Assembly (NCBI GenBank): GCA_000002435.2
Contig: CM018793.1
Strand: one strand, 5' to 3'
Length of the DNA: 64,000 nucleotides
DNA from: Giardia intestinalis
Lineage: Eukaryota
Shown one piece after another: positions 1 to 9,415 of this stretch. The notes below the pieces were generated by a model. That model saw nothing but the letters and a program-made list of their open reading frames with translations, was not told where the DNA came from and ran no database searches. Position numbers and translations under genes: made by a program. Within the stretch, counting starts at the first letter, position 1. Every line of letters starts with the position of its first letter.

Positions 1-784
1 ACTGGCTATTGTCGACATAAAAGCTGTAAGGAAGTTGATTTTTTGGTTGCGGTAGGAGACCCATGTCCATTTCTGTTCCTGTCTCTGTCACAGATACAGG
101 CAGTGTAGTGGTCGACACGCTTACAGACTTTGCTTTTCCTTTAGATGATGTGCGCTCGTTAGTAGAAGGCCGGGATGCTGCTTCTGCTGGTGCTGGGGGC
201 ATTGACGTGCTTACCGAAACGCTGTCAACGGACGACGTGTTCACCCCAACGGAGCTCACGGCCTTGTCTTGCTCAACTGTAAATAGAGAGCGGCAGTCCT
301 GTGGAATGTCTATTAGCTCTTTGCCCGTTAAATGCGAGGCCTTATAGTACCGTGCTAACTCTATCCAGCTCTGGTTGGGACCCGACCAAGTGGAAAACGT
401 ATCTTTTAGATTGAGGACAATAGAGACGATATTCTCAGAAGAGCCATCTGCTTTCTGTGCAAGCAAAGGAGGACTTCTTTTCATGGGAGACGAGGACGGG
501 CCGTGGAGAAAATAGGAGACAATTACATTAGAGTTGCTGCAAGTATCTAGGAATTCCTGTTCAGGGACATGTATGGAGCGATATTTTCCTCCTTGCTTGC
601 GATACCAAATCTTCATCTGGTCCACAGTTGACACAAAAGACTGTAGTTTCTGCTCGACAGCCTCAATAAACTGCATAAGGCTGTTGAACCATATGCGCCC
701 ACTGAATACGGGCGCCTCGCGCCGTTGCCGGGGGTTGCACACCCTGATGTTGCAGTCTAGGTAGTAGAGCTTGGTCCCCAGCAT
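1..784 (-). CDS. Partial CDS running off the left window edge (N-terminal ~261 codons in window); hypothetical protein
   Basis: By manual scan, the minus-strand frame with codon starts at plus positions congruent to 2 mod 3 has no stop from position 1 to 856. In-frame ATGs (as CAT on plus) lie at 782-784, 674-676, 614-616 and 482-484. Translation from 784 reads MLGTKLYYLDCNIRVCNPRQRREAPVFSGRIWFNSLMQFIEAVEQKLQSFVSTVDQMKIWYR..., which is protein-like. It is absent from the ORF track because its stop lies outside the window. Confidence 0.4.
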   Translation of the reverse strand, partial: MLGTKLYYLDCNIRVCNPRQRREAPVFSGRIWFNSLMQFIEAVEQKLQSFVSTVDQMKIWYRKQGGKYRSIHVPEQEFLDTCSNSNVIVSYFLHGPSSSPMKRSPPLLAQKADGSSENIVSIVLNLKDTFSTWSGPNQSWIELARYYKASHLTGKELIDIPQDCRSLFTVEQDKAVSSVGVNTSSVDSVSVSTSMPPAPAEAASRPSTNERTSSKGKAKSVSVSTTTLPVSVTETGTEMDMGLLPQPKNQLPYSFYVDNSQ

Positions 785-1112
785 TATAATTATTACCGGT
801 GCGAAAGGTAGTGTAGACCAAGCATGACTATATTGACAGCCAGTAAGCGGTGTGTTCTAAAGCACTACCAATGGAGTTACTCCTAGGCAGCTCCTCGAGA
901 TGAGTTGCTTACGTTGTCAGCTACTTCAGAACTTTTCCTTTCAGGATTTGTCGTCCCTATTGGCACGACCTTTCTTGTCTTACCATATGTTCACGGCACC
1001 TCTTTTCAGCACCTTTTTCCACGCCTTAGATACTGACGCCTAACTCCTTAATCTATTAGGAAGTAATTTAAATTCAAATCCACAGGCATTAAAGAAGTGG
1101 CCCTCGAGCCCT

Positions 1113-1850
1113 ATGTCGACAGAGAAAACGTCCCAGGCGTCCAAGGAGTACCAGCTCAAGGAGGCTGATGTGAAGAAGATGCTCGTTGCAACGACTCACC
1201 TTGGCGTCCGCAACATCGATAGGAGGATGCAGTTCTACATCTTCGACAGGCAGAAGGATGGGACCTTTGTCTTCAACCTGCAGAAAGTCTGGGCCAAGAT
1301 CGTCTTCGCAGCACGCATCCTCGTCACCATCGATGACCCCGCCGAGATCGCCGTGGTCGCTAACAGACCCGATGCTCAGCGTGCTATCCTCAAGTTCTGC
1401 AAGTACACGCACGCGACTGCCTTCCCCGGCCGCTTTATCCCTGGCAACTTCACCAATCGTATGAACCCGAACTATTGTGAGCCTCGCCTCCTCCTCGTCA
1501 ACGACCCGGTTGTCGACCGTCAGGCTATTCTCGAGGCGTCCTACGTGAATATTCCGACTATATCGCTTTGCAACTCGGACGCTAACCTGAAGTTCATTGA
1601 CGTGGCAATCCCCTGCAACAACAAGACTCCCATGAGCATCGGGCTTATTTACTGGCTCCTTGCTCGTGAAGTTCTCAGGCTCAAGGGGAGCATCTCAAGG
1701 ACTGAGGAGTGGGATGTGAAGCCCGATCTGTTTGTTGCTCTTCCCGAGGAAATCCCAGACGAGGAGGAGAGTGAGGACTTCTATGATGACGATGAGGAGG
1801 AGGATGAGGAATTTTCCGCCGGCAATGGCAACCTCTTCGACGAGTACTAA
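1113..1850 (+). CDS. RPSA: 40S ribosomal protein SA (uS2 / p40 / laminin-receptor family)
   Basis: Conserved uS2 blocks [35 protein letters not shown] and [18 protein letters not shown], followed by an acidic C-terminal tail. Confidence 0.9.
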   Translation: MSTEKTSQASKEYQLKEADVKKMLVATTHLGVRNIDRRMQFYIFDRQKDGTFVFNLQKVWAKIVFAARILVTIDDPAEIAVVANRPDAQRAILKFCKYTHATAFPGRFIPGNFTNRMNPNYCEPRLLLVNDPVVDRQAILEASYVNIPTISLCNSDANLKFIDVAIPCNNKTPMSIGLIYWLLAREVLRLKGSISRTEEWDVKPDLFVALPEEIPDEEESEDFYDDDEEEDEEFSAGNGNLFDEY

Positions 1851-1920
1851 GGCGGCTCTTGTTAAGCTGAAAGTGTAAACGCTTTGCTCGGTATGCATCC
1901 CTCGTTTCACCAGAGAGGTT

Positions 1921-4900
1921 TCACAACTCCAGGACGGTTCCTTCTGCGATTCCGAGGATTTCGTAAAGTCTGGCTATCATGGCACTACAAGTGTCGTATC
2001 GTGCTTTGATTCTGGCCAAGCTCTTCGTTGCCGTGGCCCGATCTGTGTCTGTGGCCGTTGCACGTATAGAACATGAATCTAGCTGTGCTAGCTTTTCCTC
2101 TGAAATAGGTGACAGCTGAATTCCCTCGGTGGTTCTTAACTGAGAGTGCTCTAGACACGATGGGGTCTGCAAGCGGTCCACTCTCTTCTGTGCATCATGA
2201 AGGTGGAAGGATAAGGTGGTCTGGTCTGCAGCCAGGTGCTCTAGCAAAATAGGGCGATAATTGCTAAGAATAGTAATGGTGGACTTCGGGGGATCGGGTG
2301 CGTTTTTACCAAAGAGGCCAACAGCAAGAGAAATGACAAGCTTGCGCAGATGCCTTTTGGCTTCTTTCTGATACTGCTGCAACTGAGGAATTATATTGGA
2401 CAGATAGACAGCAAGATTGAATATCAACTCTAGTACATTCGGATTGAAATTTTTTAAATACTCTCCACTAAAAATAGACTCCAAGAGTGTAATCAGCTGG
2501 ATCACAATCCCCCCGTTGGCCGGGGTTATCCGCTTGGAGAAACTCTGGGATGCTAACTGGGTGATGGTGCGGGACACCATATCGTCTCTTTGAGATATCG
2601 TCTCAGAAGAGGCGTCGCTGAAGTCAAGCTCTCCGAGGCGGGTAAATAAGGCATTGAGGCTTGAGATGCTATTGAAGCAAATGCGATCTCGTCCTGTTAA
2701 ACCGTCTAAAATGCAATACAGTGTTGTATTTAGCGGCAAACCCAATATAGAATTTGTTTGAATGGCCTCAAGATTTATACGCATGAAGAGGAATCGGATA
2801 ACACGTATCATGTATCCCTGGAGCCTGTTTTGGTTTTGGCAGAACTTGAGGGATAAAAGAAGCAGGTCACCCCCCTGCAAAACTCTCTGTGCATCAGTTG
2901 GCGTCTCGTGACGCCGTAGAAGAGCCATGATTCCGATAACCACCTTGCAGTGCACCTTTGTCGGATAGTTGCTGTGGGATAAAAGGGTGGAAATCAACAT
3001 AGTAGCTTCTCTATCTATTGCAAGCTCTTCCTCGTCGCGAGACAGCTCCTTGCTAATAACATCTGACTCTAGCAGATGACAATAGCTACTGACGGCATGA
3101 GCAAAGAGATCAATAAGCTTCATGGAAAATGCTTTTTCGTCTCCTTGGGCTAAGGTAGCTATGGTTGACTGAAAAGATGGCCACGCCTTGATGCAGATAT
3201 TGACAGCCCGGAGTGACAACTGAAAAATGTTAAGCATATCAGCCACAGGAAGCTCTTCTAAGTAATAAAGGGGAAACTTAGAAAGAAGACAGAGTAGTTC
3301 CATTCCTCTAAGGAGTGTATCTATATCAGCTGCATTATTGAGGAGAAATATGCTGCACGTGAGAAGCTGGTCCATTATGAGGGTCCCCAGAACCTCATCG
3401 AGGGCCGAGTTGAGGAATGAGAATGGCATCTCCTTTGTAATACTCACAGCCCCTGCCTGCGTTGCTGCTGCCAGCTCATTACGTATAAGGGCATGCACAA
3501 AGAGGTATGGTTGAGAGGCGCTAAAGATGTTGTCTTGGGACGGTGCTGTTGGCACTATTGCAACTGCCTGGTGCTGCTTTTTTCTGTGTCCGCGGCAACC
3601 CATAAAAGTATCCGTAATATCTCTCTCGGCGGTGTACTCTTGCTGGGAGACAGGCTCTCCGCTCGCTGTGAAGCTGGTGATGTTTAAAATGTGGAGAAGA
3701 TCAACCGTTACTGCAGAGCTGAAGTAGGAGCACAATTGACAGTCTAACCATGAAGTCGTGCTGAGCCTCGTACCATGCTCATGTGGATCATGAAGGGTTA
3801 GACGCTGGAGAACAGAGAGAGGGATATTGGTTCCATCTTCAGTAAAACATATCTTCAGCGAAGGAATGAACGGAAAGAGCTCGGCAAAATGACCGATAAC
3901 AGGGAATATGCCAAAGAAAGTGGCTAGATATTCGACAGACGTAAACAGCTCTTTCTCGTGCTCAACAGTTGTATCACTTCCGATACCTTCGAGCAAGGTA
4001 AGAACCCTCCTAGACACAGTAATAAACAAGGGTATCTGCGATTGCACCAGTGGAATCAGCACATCGCTATCCTTTGAGGGGACATAGTTTCGACGTAGAA
4101 TCTCCCTCTTCATACCACTAAGTACAGATCCAGCCATCGAGAGAATAGATGTCCATCTGAATCCTGCAGGAGGGTTTTCAGTGTGTGCTAAGATAAAGCT
4201 AATATCTAAATTAAGCTTAGATGGAGACACAGTGGTCCAAAACAGGCGAAACATGGACAAGTACGCAGCGACAAACTCAGATGATTGATTAGACGACTTC
4301 ATGATCTCGTGGAAGCATGACTCCAGGAGTCCATAGAAGTTAACCAATGACGACCCTAGTAATTGGGAGTATGGGGTGTAATTTAAACGATCAGCTCTAG
4401 AACACTCTGCCGCCGCCATGCACTGCTCTGCACCACGAAAATACGAGCTCAGAGCCTTAAGTGCCAGTATCGCAGCTGTATCCCCTGGATGGTCAGAATA
4501 TGGTGTACTAGCTATGACATGCTGATCCGCTTGCAGAGTCTGCCGTTGATGTGGTCTGCTTCGGTGTTCATCATATGCAGATGAGAGCAATGTAATAGTA
4601 AGCACACGACAAGGAAGACTGTCCAGAGAGATATAGCTAGTCCAAAGAAGGGGGCAAATGCTTTGCAGGCGCGTCGGCAGAGTCATATAAAATGAGAACA
4701 CAGTTTTAATCAGAGAGTGATTACTTGTAACGCTGCCATTCTCCATGAAACAGATAGTGGCGAGAGTCTTGAAAAGACAAGCGATCTCATCTAATGGGTT
4801 GGGAAAGCTGAGGATAGCAGCAGACCGATGGTGCAAGATGTTAGTCAATAAATATACAAGACGAGCGGCGATCTTAAAGTGACGAGTAAGAGAATTAGAG

Positions 4901-5211
4901 CACTCCTTGAACAGCATTCTATAACTCTGGACACTGACAAAATTAGGGGTCTTATAGCTTCGTGCAATATAATTAAAGAATGATGTTATGGTATCTCCAC
5001 GAATGGTTTGCTGAGGCAGAATTTGGGAAACAAAAAGATTGATCAGACAGTCTCCCTCACCAGATCCAAAGGTACAGCCATTCTGCAGCACAAGAGCCTC
5101 CGCTTCTAGCACTAGCTTATCATATCTTATCGGCGGCCGCTGGGCCTTAATCCGGCCATCTAAAAATTGATTGAGTGTCACGACCGGCTTCATTTCAATT
5201 TTTATAAGCAC
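1921..5211 (-). CDS. Large hypothetical protein (1096 aa), predicted all-helical, ARM/HEAT-like composition
   Basis: Long uninterrupted ORF with balanced amino-acid composition and no recognisable catalytic motif. The same-region plus ORFs are short antisense shadows. Confidence 0.6.
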   Translation of the reverse strand: MLIKIEMKPVVTLNQFLDGRIKAQRPPIRYDKLVLEAEALVLQNGCTFGSGEGDCLINLFVSQILPQQTIRGDTITSFFNYIARSYKTPNFVSVQSYRMLFKECSNSLTRHFKIAARLVYLLTNILHHRSAAILSFPNPLDEIACLFKTLATICFMENGSVTSNHSLIKTVFSFYMTLPTRLQSICPLLWTSYISLDSLPCRVLTITLLSSAYDEHRSRPHQRQTLQADQHVIASTPYSDHPGDTAAILALKALSSYFRGAEQCMAAAECSRADRLNYTPYSQLLGSSLVNFYGLLESCFHEIMKSSNQSSEFVAAYLSMFRLFWTTVSPSKLNLDISFILAHTENPPAGFRWTSILSMAGSVLSGMKREILRRNYVPSKDSDVLIPLVQSQIPLFITVSRRVLTLLEGIGSDTTVEHEKELFTSVEYLATFFGIFPVIGHFAELFPFIPSLKICFTEDGTNIPLSVLQRLTLHDPHEHGTRLSTTSWLDCQLCSYFSSAVTVDLLHILNITSFTASGEPVSQQEYTAERDITDTFMGCRGHRKKQHQAVAIVPTAPSQDNIFSASQPYLFVHALIRNELAAATQAGAVSITKEMPFSFLNSALDEVLGTLIMDQLLTCSIFLLNNAADIDTLLRGMELLCLLSKFPLYYLEELPVADMLNIFQLSLRAVNICIKAWPSFQSTIATLAQGDEKAFSMKLIDLFAHAVSSYCHLLESDVISKELSRDEEELAIDREATMLISTLLSHSNYPTKVHCKVVIGIMALLRRHETPTDAQRVLQGGDLLLLSLKFCQNQNRLQGYMIRVIRFLFMRINLEAIQTNSILGLPLNTTLYCILDGLTGRDRICFNSISSLNALFTRLGELDFSDASSETISQRDDMVSRTITQLASQSFSKRITPANGGIVIQLITLLESIFSGEYLKNFNPNVLELIFNLAVYLSNIIPQLQQYQKEAKRHLRKLVISLAVGLFGKNAPDPPKSTITILSNYRPILLEHLAADQTTLSFHLHDAQKRVDRLQTPSCLEHSQLRTTEGIQLSPISEEKLAQLDSCSIRATATDTDRATATKSLARIKARYDTCSAMIARLYEILGIAEGTVLEL

Positions 5212-5537
5212 CTTTATATAGCACTAATGCTGCGTTGGGCTTAAGCCACTCATGGTTCGGGGCAGTGGAAACTACTTACCTGTAAGTCTTAGTGGAATGC
5301 CCCGAACAGAATCCTCTGAACCTTCTTATGGTCACACCTGTGTCTCTTAAGTAGCATGTGTACTCTGGCTCCTTATTTGTAGGTCAACGTAAACAATGCA
5401 CCTAGGGTATTGATCTTTTGCAAAGTGAATAGCAGCATTCTGCCCTTATGTCTTTAAATGAGTCAAGTCATTTAGTACTGCCTCAACAGTGATCCCTCTT
5501 GTTTACCTAGCCTGCTGGCATAGTTGCAGCTCTCCTT

Positions 5538-8500
5538 TTGATCTATACGATTCGGCAACTTAAAAGTAATACCGAAATAGCTATGTCCATTACCAGCGAC
5601 ACAGAGTGGTTCCACGCAGTTGCCTCTGGCAACGTGCACCTTGTGGGCGCATACGTTTCAAAATATGCCCATACGCGAGATGCAAACAACGAGACTGGGC
5701 TGATGGTTGCGACTCGCGCGTCTGCGCTCCCCGTCATCAGGATCTTAGCCGAATATGAGGCGTGTTTGATTAACAACGATGGCTGTACAGCTTTGATGCT
5801 TGCAGCTATGTCAGATAACGGGAAGCTCTGCAGAATTTTGGCAGAGTATGAAGCAGATGCTGTATTGCCGGACGGGAGAGACGCATTGATTCTGGCTGCA
5901 CAGATTGGAAATTTAGAAGCTATGCATGAATTGGTAAAGGTTTGCAACCTTATACAAGACTGCAACCAACTAACTGCCCTAGATCATAGTACAAACGAAG
6001 GACACTTGGATTGTGTCCGTGTCTTGATCAGATCTTATGAGATAACTTTGGAGGAGATCAACTACTGCATTGTTATAGCAGAGGAGCGGCATTATACAGC
6101 CATTTATAACTATCTTCAGAAGGTTCGGGACGGTGACATGTCCGACGATCCTTCATTCTTTGACGCCACCTTCACACATGAGACCATCACAGGTGATACA
6201 ACCATGGAGGAGCCCAGCCCGGGAGATCACGCTGGCAGCTATTACAGCAACACAATGAATGCATCCAATTTAACTGGAGGGATCAATGGAGTAAGCAAGG
6301 CCCGTCTAATGAAACTAATAGAATCTTTACAGTGTGAAATAGCAGATCTCCGGCAGCAAAATACAGACCAGCGGGACCAGTTGATGAGATACATCGAGAA
6401 GATCCCCACCACACCTCTTGCGCGGGAAACAAGTACCAGAAACAGTAGCATTTGCTATCCACACCGTGTTCTAGATGAAGTAAAGTTCAACGTTGCCGCA
6501 GACGAGGATCTGACGTCACCTTCTATAGATCTCTCCTACCACGTCGGTGAAAACCCGTTTATGATTAGCAGGGTTGTTTCCCAGGCCCCAGTAGAAGATA
6601 TACTAGCTGAGAAAGATGAAGAAATCCGTAGGCTGCGGGCCATTAATGACGATCTTCGTCTAACTATCCAGAATGCCAACTTTACAAATTATCAGAATAA
6701 CCATCATTCTATTAGTCCCACAGATAATACTGGGCTTGATTTATCTGGGCGCCCAATCGACTCCCCAGTGTTGCAGGATCATCACCCCCAGCCCTTGGCT
6801 AGAGACAACATAGACTCTCCTGTCAATCTCCACCAGCCTGCAGAATTGTCCAAAGAGCTTGTAAGGAAGATTTCTTTTTCTGCGTTCCAGCCAATCTATG
6901 GAGCACAAGCTAATTCCTCAACGAGCTTTACCATATCTCCTTCTATTATAACTTCTAAGCGCGACGATAGGTCTTACCATCTTAATTCTAACCAAAGTAA
7001 TAGTGGAACTATCGGTCTAGATGGCACTGGGACATTTTTGCATCAACAACGCAAGAGCAAGCCTCGGCCATATAGCGGACACTCTAGCAACACAGTCTTC
7101 AATACAGAGCTCTCTCTGAAGCTGACACAGGTGCCTCCTCTCTTGAGTAATACATTTGGTGAACAACGCAATGACCCTCTTTCAACAAGTACCGAACTAT
7201 GCCCGTCAAATAATTCTTCATTTATCAGCACACCCAATCAAATCAATCACAGCTTTCTTCGTAGAAAGAAAGCCCTTCCCCAACGAACTCCCAGAAAATC
7301 TAGCGAAACCAATTACAAAGAAACTCGCTCTGTCAACTTCGATTCTAACCGTACCTCAGAAGCCATGGATGCACCAGACATAGATATGCCTGATTTCCCC
7401 ATAGAAGCTGCATCAAGCACATTAGGGACTCGCAAAGGTGCACTGCGCAGGAATATTCGGCGCTCCGAAAGCTTTAGAGTTGAGTCACGCGACTCCTATG
7501 AAGTAAGGAACGATGCACTTGCGGAAAGGCCGAGAATATTTAGCGCTAACCCCAAGTTCAAAGCCCGTTCACGAACTCCTCGAAATACAATGTGCCTACG
7601 ACCCAAGACAGAGGCGTCAGAGATTTGTGTCTACGAAGACCTCGATGATAGTTTTGTTGAGTATATCCTGCCGTCATATGACAGATTGCTTCGTGAAAAG
7701 AGCGAGGAGATTGAGCGTCTTCGGGCTATGGCTGAAGAGCTTGCAACCAATCTGTCTTCTGCATACCACCTACTCAGACTTAGTCAGGAAGCAACAACGT
7801 CATTTATTCACAACACTGCTAACAACTCCCAGCATGGAAACGTGTATAGCTTTCTACGGATATCACAGACGTCTCAGCCTACGGCATCTGTTCAGCACCT
7901 CAAGCCTGCTGCTCCACGCGAGTCAGAAGCAGATGGATTCATTATTGGCGATTATTCTGTCTCCATAAAGAGCGGTTTTAGTCCCTATACGAGGCCTTTT
8001 TCAGATTGTCAAGACAGGAAGTTGACCCAAAGTGCTGACGAAGGCAAATCTTTGACAACCAACATTTCAGCACAGGACCTGAACGATTATCTCATAGCAA
8101 ATGGCCTGCGAGCATACCTGACAGACCTTTCTAATGACTTCATAGAAAACGGCCAGTTTAATCTGGCTACTGCTCTCCGAGAGCTTACCAAGCTTAAATA
8201 TGCAAAGGCAGAAAGTCCAGCAAAGCGATTTAGTGTATATAAATCCCCTTCACAGTACGCTGCAGAAGGAGCCACCAAGCCATCCTACGGGTCTCTGCCC
8301 TATCCACCTCTACTAACAGCGGAATTACCTGCGTCACCCCTCCCAAGTGGCCCCAAAGATATCACAACACCGTTGTCCACAGGACAGATCAACCATCTTA
8401 AGGAAGTGCGGCAAGATCACGTGGCAAGTCGCTACACAACTCCCCTGATGGTTGCGGTTAGTGAAAAGGACCTGGATTGCGTTCTAGCTAATATGCAGTA

Positions 8501-9212
8501 CGCAGGAATAGTTAACGATTTCGGAGAGACCGCCCTTATGATAGCAGTCGACCTTTCTTTCATGGATGCCGTCAGAGTGTTAGTGGACAAGGAGGCTGGA
8601 ATTGTTTCCGGAGCAGGTCTAACGGCTCTCCAGCTGGCACTCCAGACAAATAACTTGAAAATAGCAGATCTTTTAAGAGAGAAGGAGGGCGTTTCCTCAG
8701 ATAACTTGATCATGGCACCTGGAAGGCAAACCGACCTGATGTACGCCGCAGAAGACAATAACTTGGTCAACGTGTACTGCTTCTCCCCTGTTCAGGCTAG
8801 GCTGCAAGACATGAATGGGAGGACTGCACTAATGTACGCTGCAGCTGCGTCACGGTTTGAGGCAGCCAGGCTTTTATACAAGTTGGAGTTCGGCATGCGA
8901 GGAAATAGAGGAGAAACTGCCCTTATGGCCGCTGCTTATGCAGGTAGCGGATCAATAGCACGTCTATTAGTCTCAAAGGAGGCCAAATGTATGGGTTTCT
9001 ACGAACCAGAGATACCCGAGGAGCACAGTGCACTGATGATTGCCGCATATAATGGCCATGTTGCATGTGTACGCATACTAGCTCAGTTGGAGTATAGCCT
9101 CGTGACACCCAGTGGGAACAGTGTCTTGACGTTTGCTGAGAGGCCAAAGCACACAGTACCGGATGCGACGAAGCATGAGGTAATTTCCATATTGCAGGGG
9201 TACATTAAGTAA
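5538..9212 (+). CDS. Ankyrin-repeat protein, Giardia 'protein 21.1'-like (N- and C-terminal ankyrin blocks, central S/T/N-rich region with short coiled coils)
   Basis: Repeated ankyrin signatures (G.TALM.AA...G....v..L, e.g. ETGLMVATRAS, DGCTALMLAAMSDNG, GETALMIAV, GRTALMYAAAAS, GETALMAAAYAGS). Heptad-like segments IESLQCEIADLRQQNTDQRDQLMRYIEKI and EEIERLRAMAEELATNL. Confidence 0.75.
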   Translation: MIYTIRQLKSNTEIAMSITSDTEWFHAVASGNVHLVGAYVSKYAHTRDANNETGLMVATRASALPVIRILAEYEACLINNDGCTALMLAAMSDNGKLCRILAEYEADAVLPDGRDALILAAQIGNLEAMHELVKVCNLIQDCNQLTALDHSTNEGHLDCVRVLIRSYEITLEEINYCIVIAEERHYTAIYNYLQKVRDGDMSDDPSFFDATFTHETITGDTTMEEPSPGDHAGSYYSNTMNASNLTGGINGVSKARLMKLIESLQCEIADLRQQNTDQRDQLMRYIEKIPTTPLARETSTRNSSICYPHRVLDEVKFNVAADEDLTSPSIDLSYHVGENPFMISRVVSQAPVEDILAEKDEEIRRLRAINDDLRLTIQNANFTNYQNNHHSISPTDNTGLDLSGRPIDSPVLQDHHPQPLARDNIDSPVNLHQPAELSKELVRKISFSAFQPIYGAQANSSTSFTISPSIITSKRDDRSYHLNSNQSNSGTIGLDGTGTFLHQQRKSKPRPYSGHSSNTVFNTELSLKLTQVPPLLSNTFGEQRNDPLSTSTELCPSNNSSFISTPNQINHSFLRRKKALPQRTPRKSSETNYKETRSVNFDSNRTSEAMDAPDIDMPDFPIEAASSTLGTRKGALRRNIRRSESFRVESRDSYEVRNDALAERPRIFSANPKFKARSRTPRNTMCLRPKTEASEICVYEDLDDSFVEYILPSYDRLLREKSEEIERLRAMAEELATNLSSAYHLLRLSQEATTSFIHNTANNSQHGNVYSFLRISQTSQPTASVQHLKPAAPRESEADGFIIGDYSVSIKSGFSPYTRPFSDCQDRKLTQSADEGKSLTTNISAQDLNDYLIANGLRAYLTDLSNDFIENGQFNLATALRELTKLKYAKAESPAKRFSVYKSPSQYAAEGATKPSYGSLPYPPLLTAELPASPLPSGPKDITTPLSTGQINHLKEVRQDHVASRYTTPLMVAVSEKDLDCVLANMQYAGIVNDFGETALMIAVDLSFMDAVRVLVDKEAGIVSGAGLTALQLALQTNNLKIADLLREKEGVSSDNLIMAPGRQTDLMYAAEDNNLVNVYCFSPVQARLQDMNGRTALMYAAAASRFEAARLLYKLEFGMRGNRGETALMAAAYAGSGSIARLLVSKEAKCMGFYEPEIPEEHSALMIAAYNGHVACVRILAQLEYSLVTPSGNSVLTFAERPKHTVPDATKHEVISILQGYIK

Positions 9213-9214
9213 AT
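9208..9214 (+). promoter_or_regulatory. Putative Giardia-type polyadenylation signal AGTAAAT overlapping the stop codon of the ankyrin 21.1 gene
   Basis: AGTRAAY consensus at or within about 15 nt of the stop. Seen in sequence as ...ATTAAGTAAATAC. Confidence 0.5.
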
Positions 9215-9415
9215 ACAGACAAGCATAATATCCGAAATCCCATATAATGTGCGGACACTTTGTGGCCACTTAAATGCGCAGTTGTAAGGCAAATGGTCTA
9301 TGAATGGAGTGTGTCGAGGTATACCTTACACTTCGGCATTAAAAGTTGATAGGCAATCGCTGAGAGAAATAGTATCTATCATGCAAGCGTGTAAAATAGC
9401 GTGTAAGAATCTAAA

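Noticed and set aside
63-347. Plus-strand 94-aa ORF (V/T/S/D-rich)
   Set aside because: It lies entirely inside an 856-nt stop-free minus-strand frame that runs off the window edge. It is more likely the antisense shadow of that gene.
5271-5288. ACTACTTACCTGTAAGTC, resembling the U1 snRNA 5' end (ACUUACCUG)
   Set aside because: Giardia 5' splice sites are GUAUGU, so its U1 would need ACAUAC. No Sm site or stem-loops are recognisable nearby. Likely a coincidence within the hairpin noted above.
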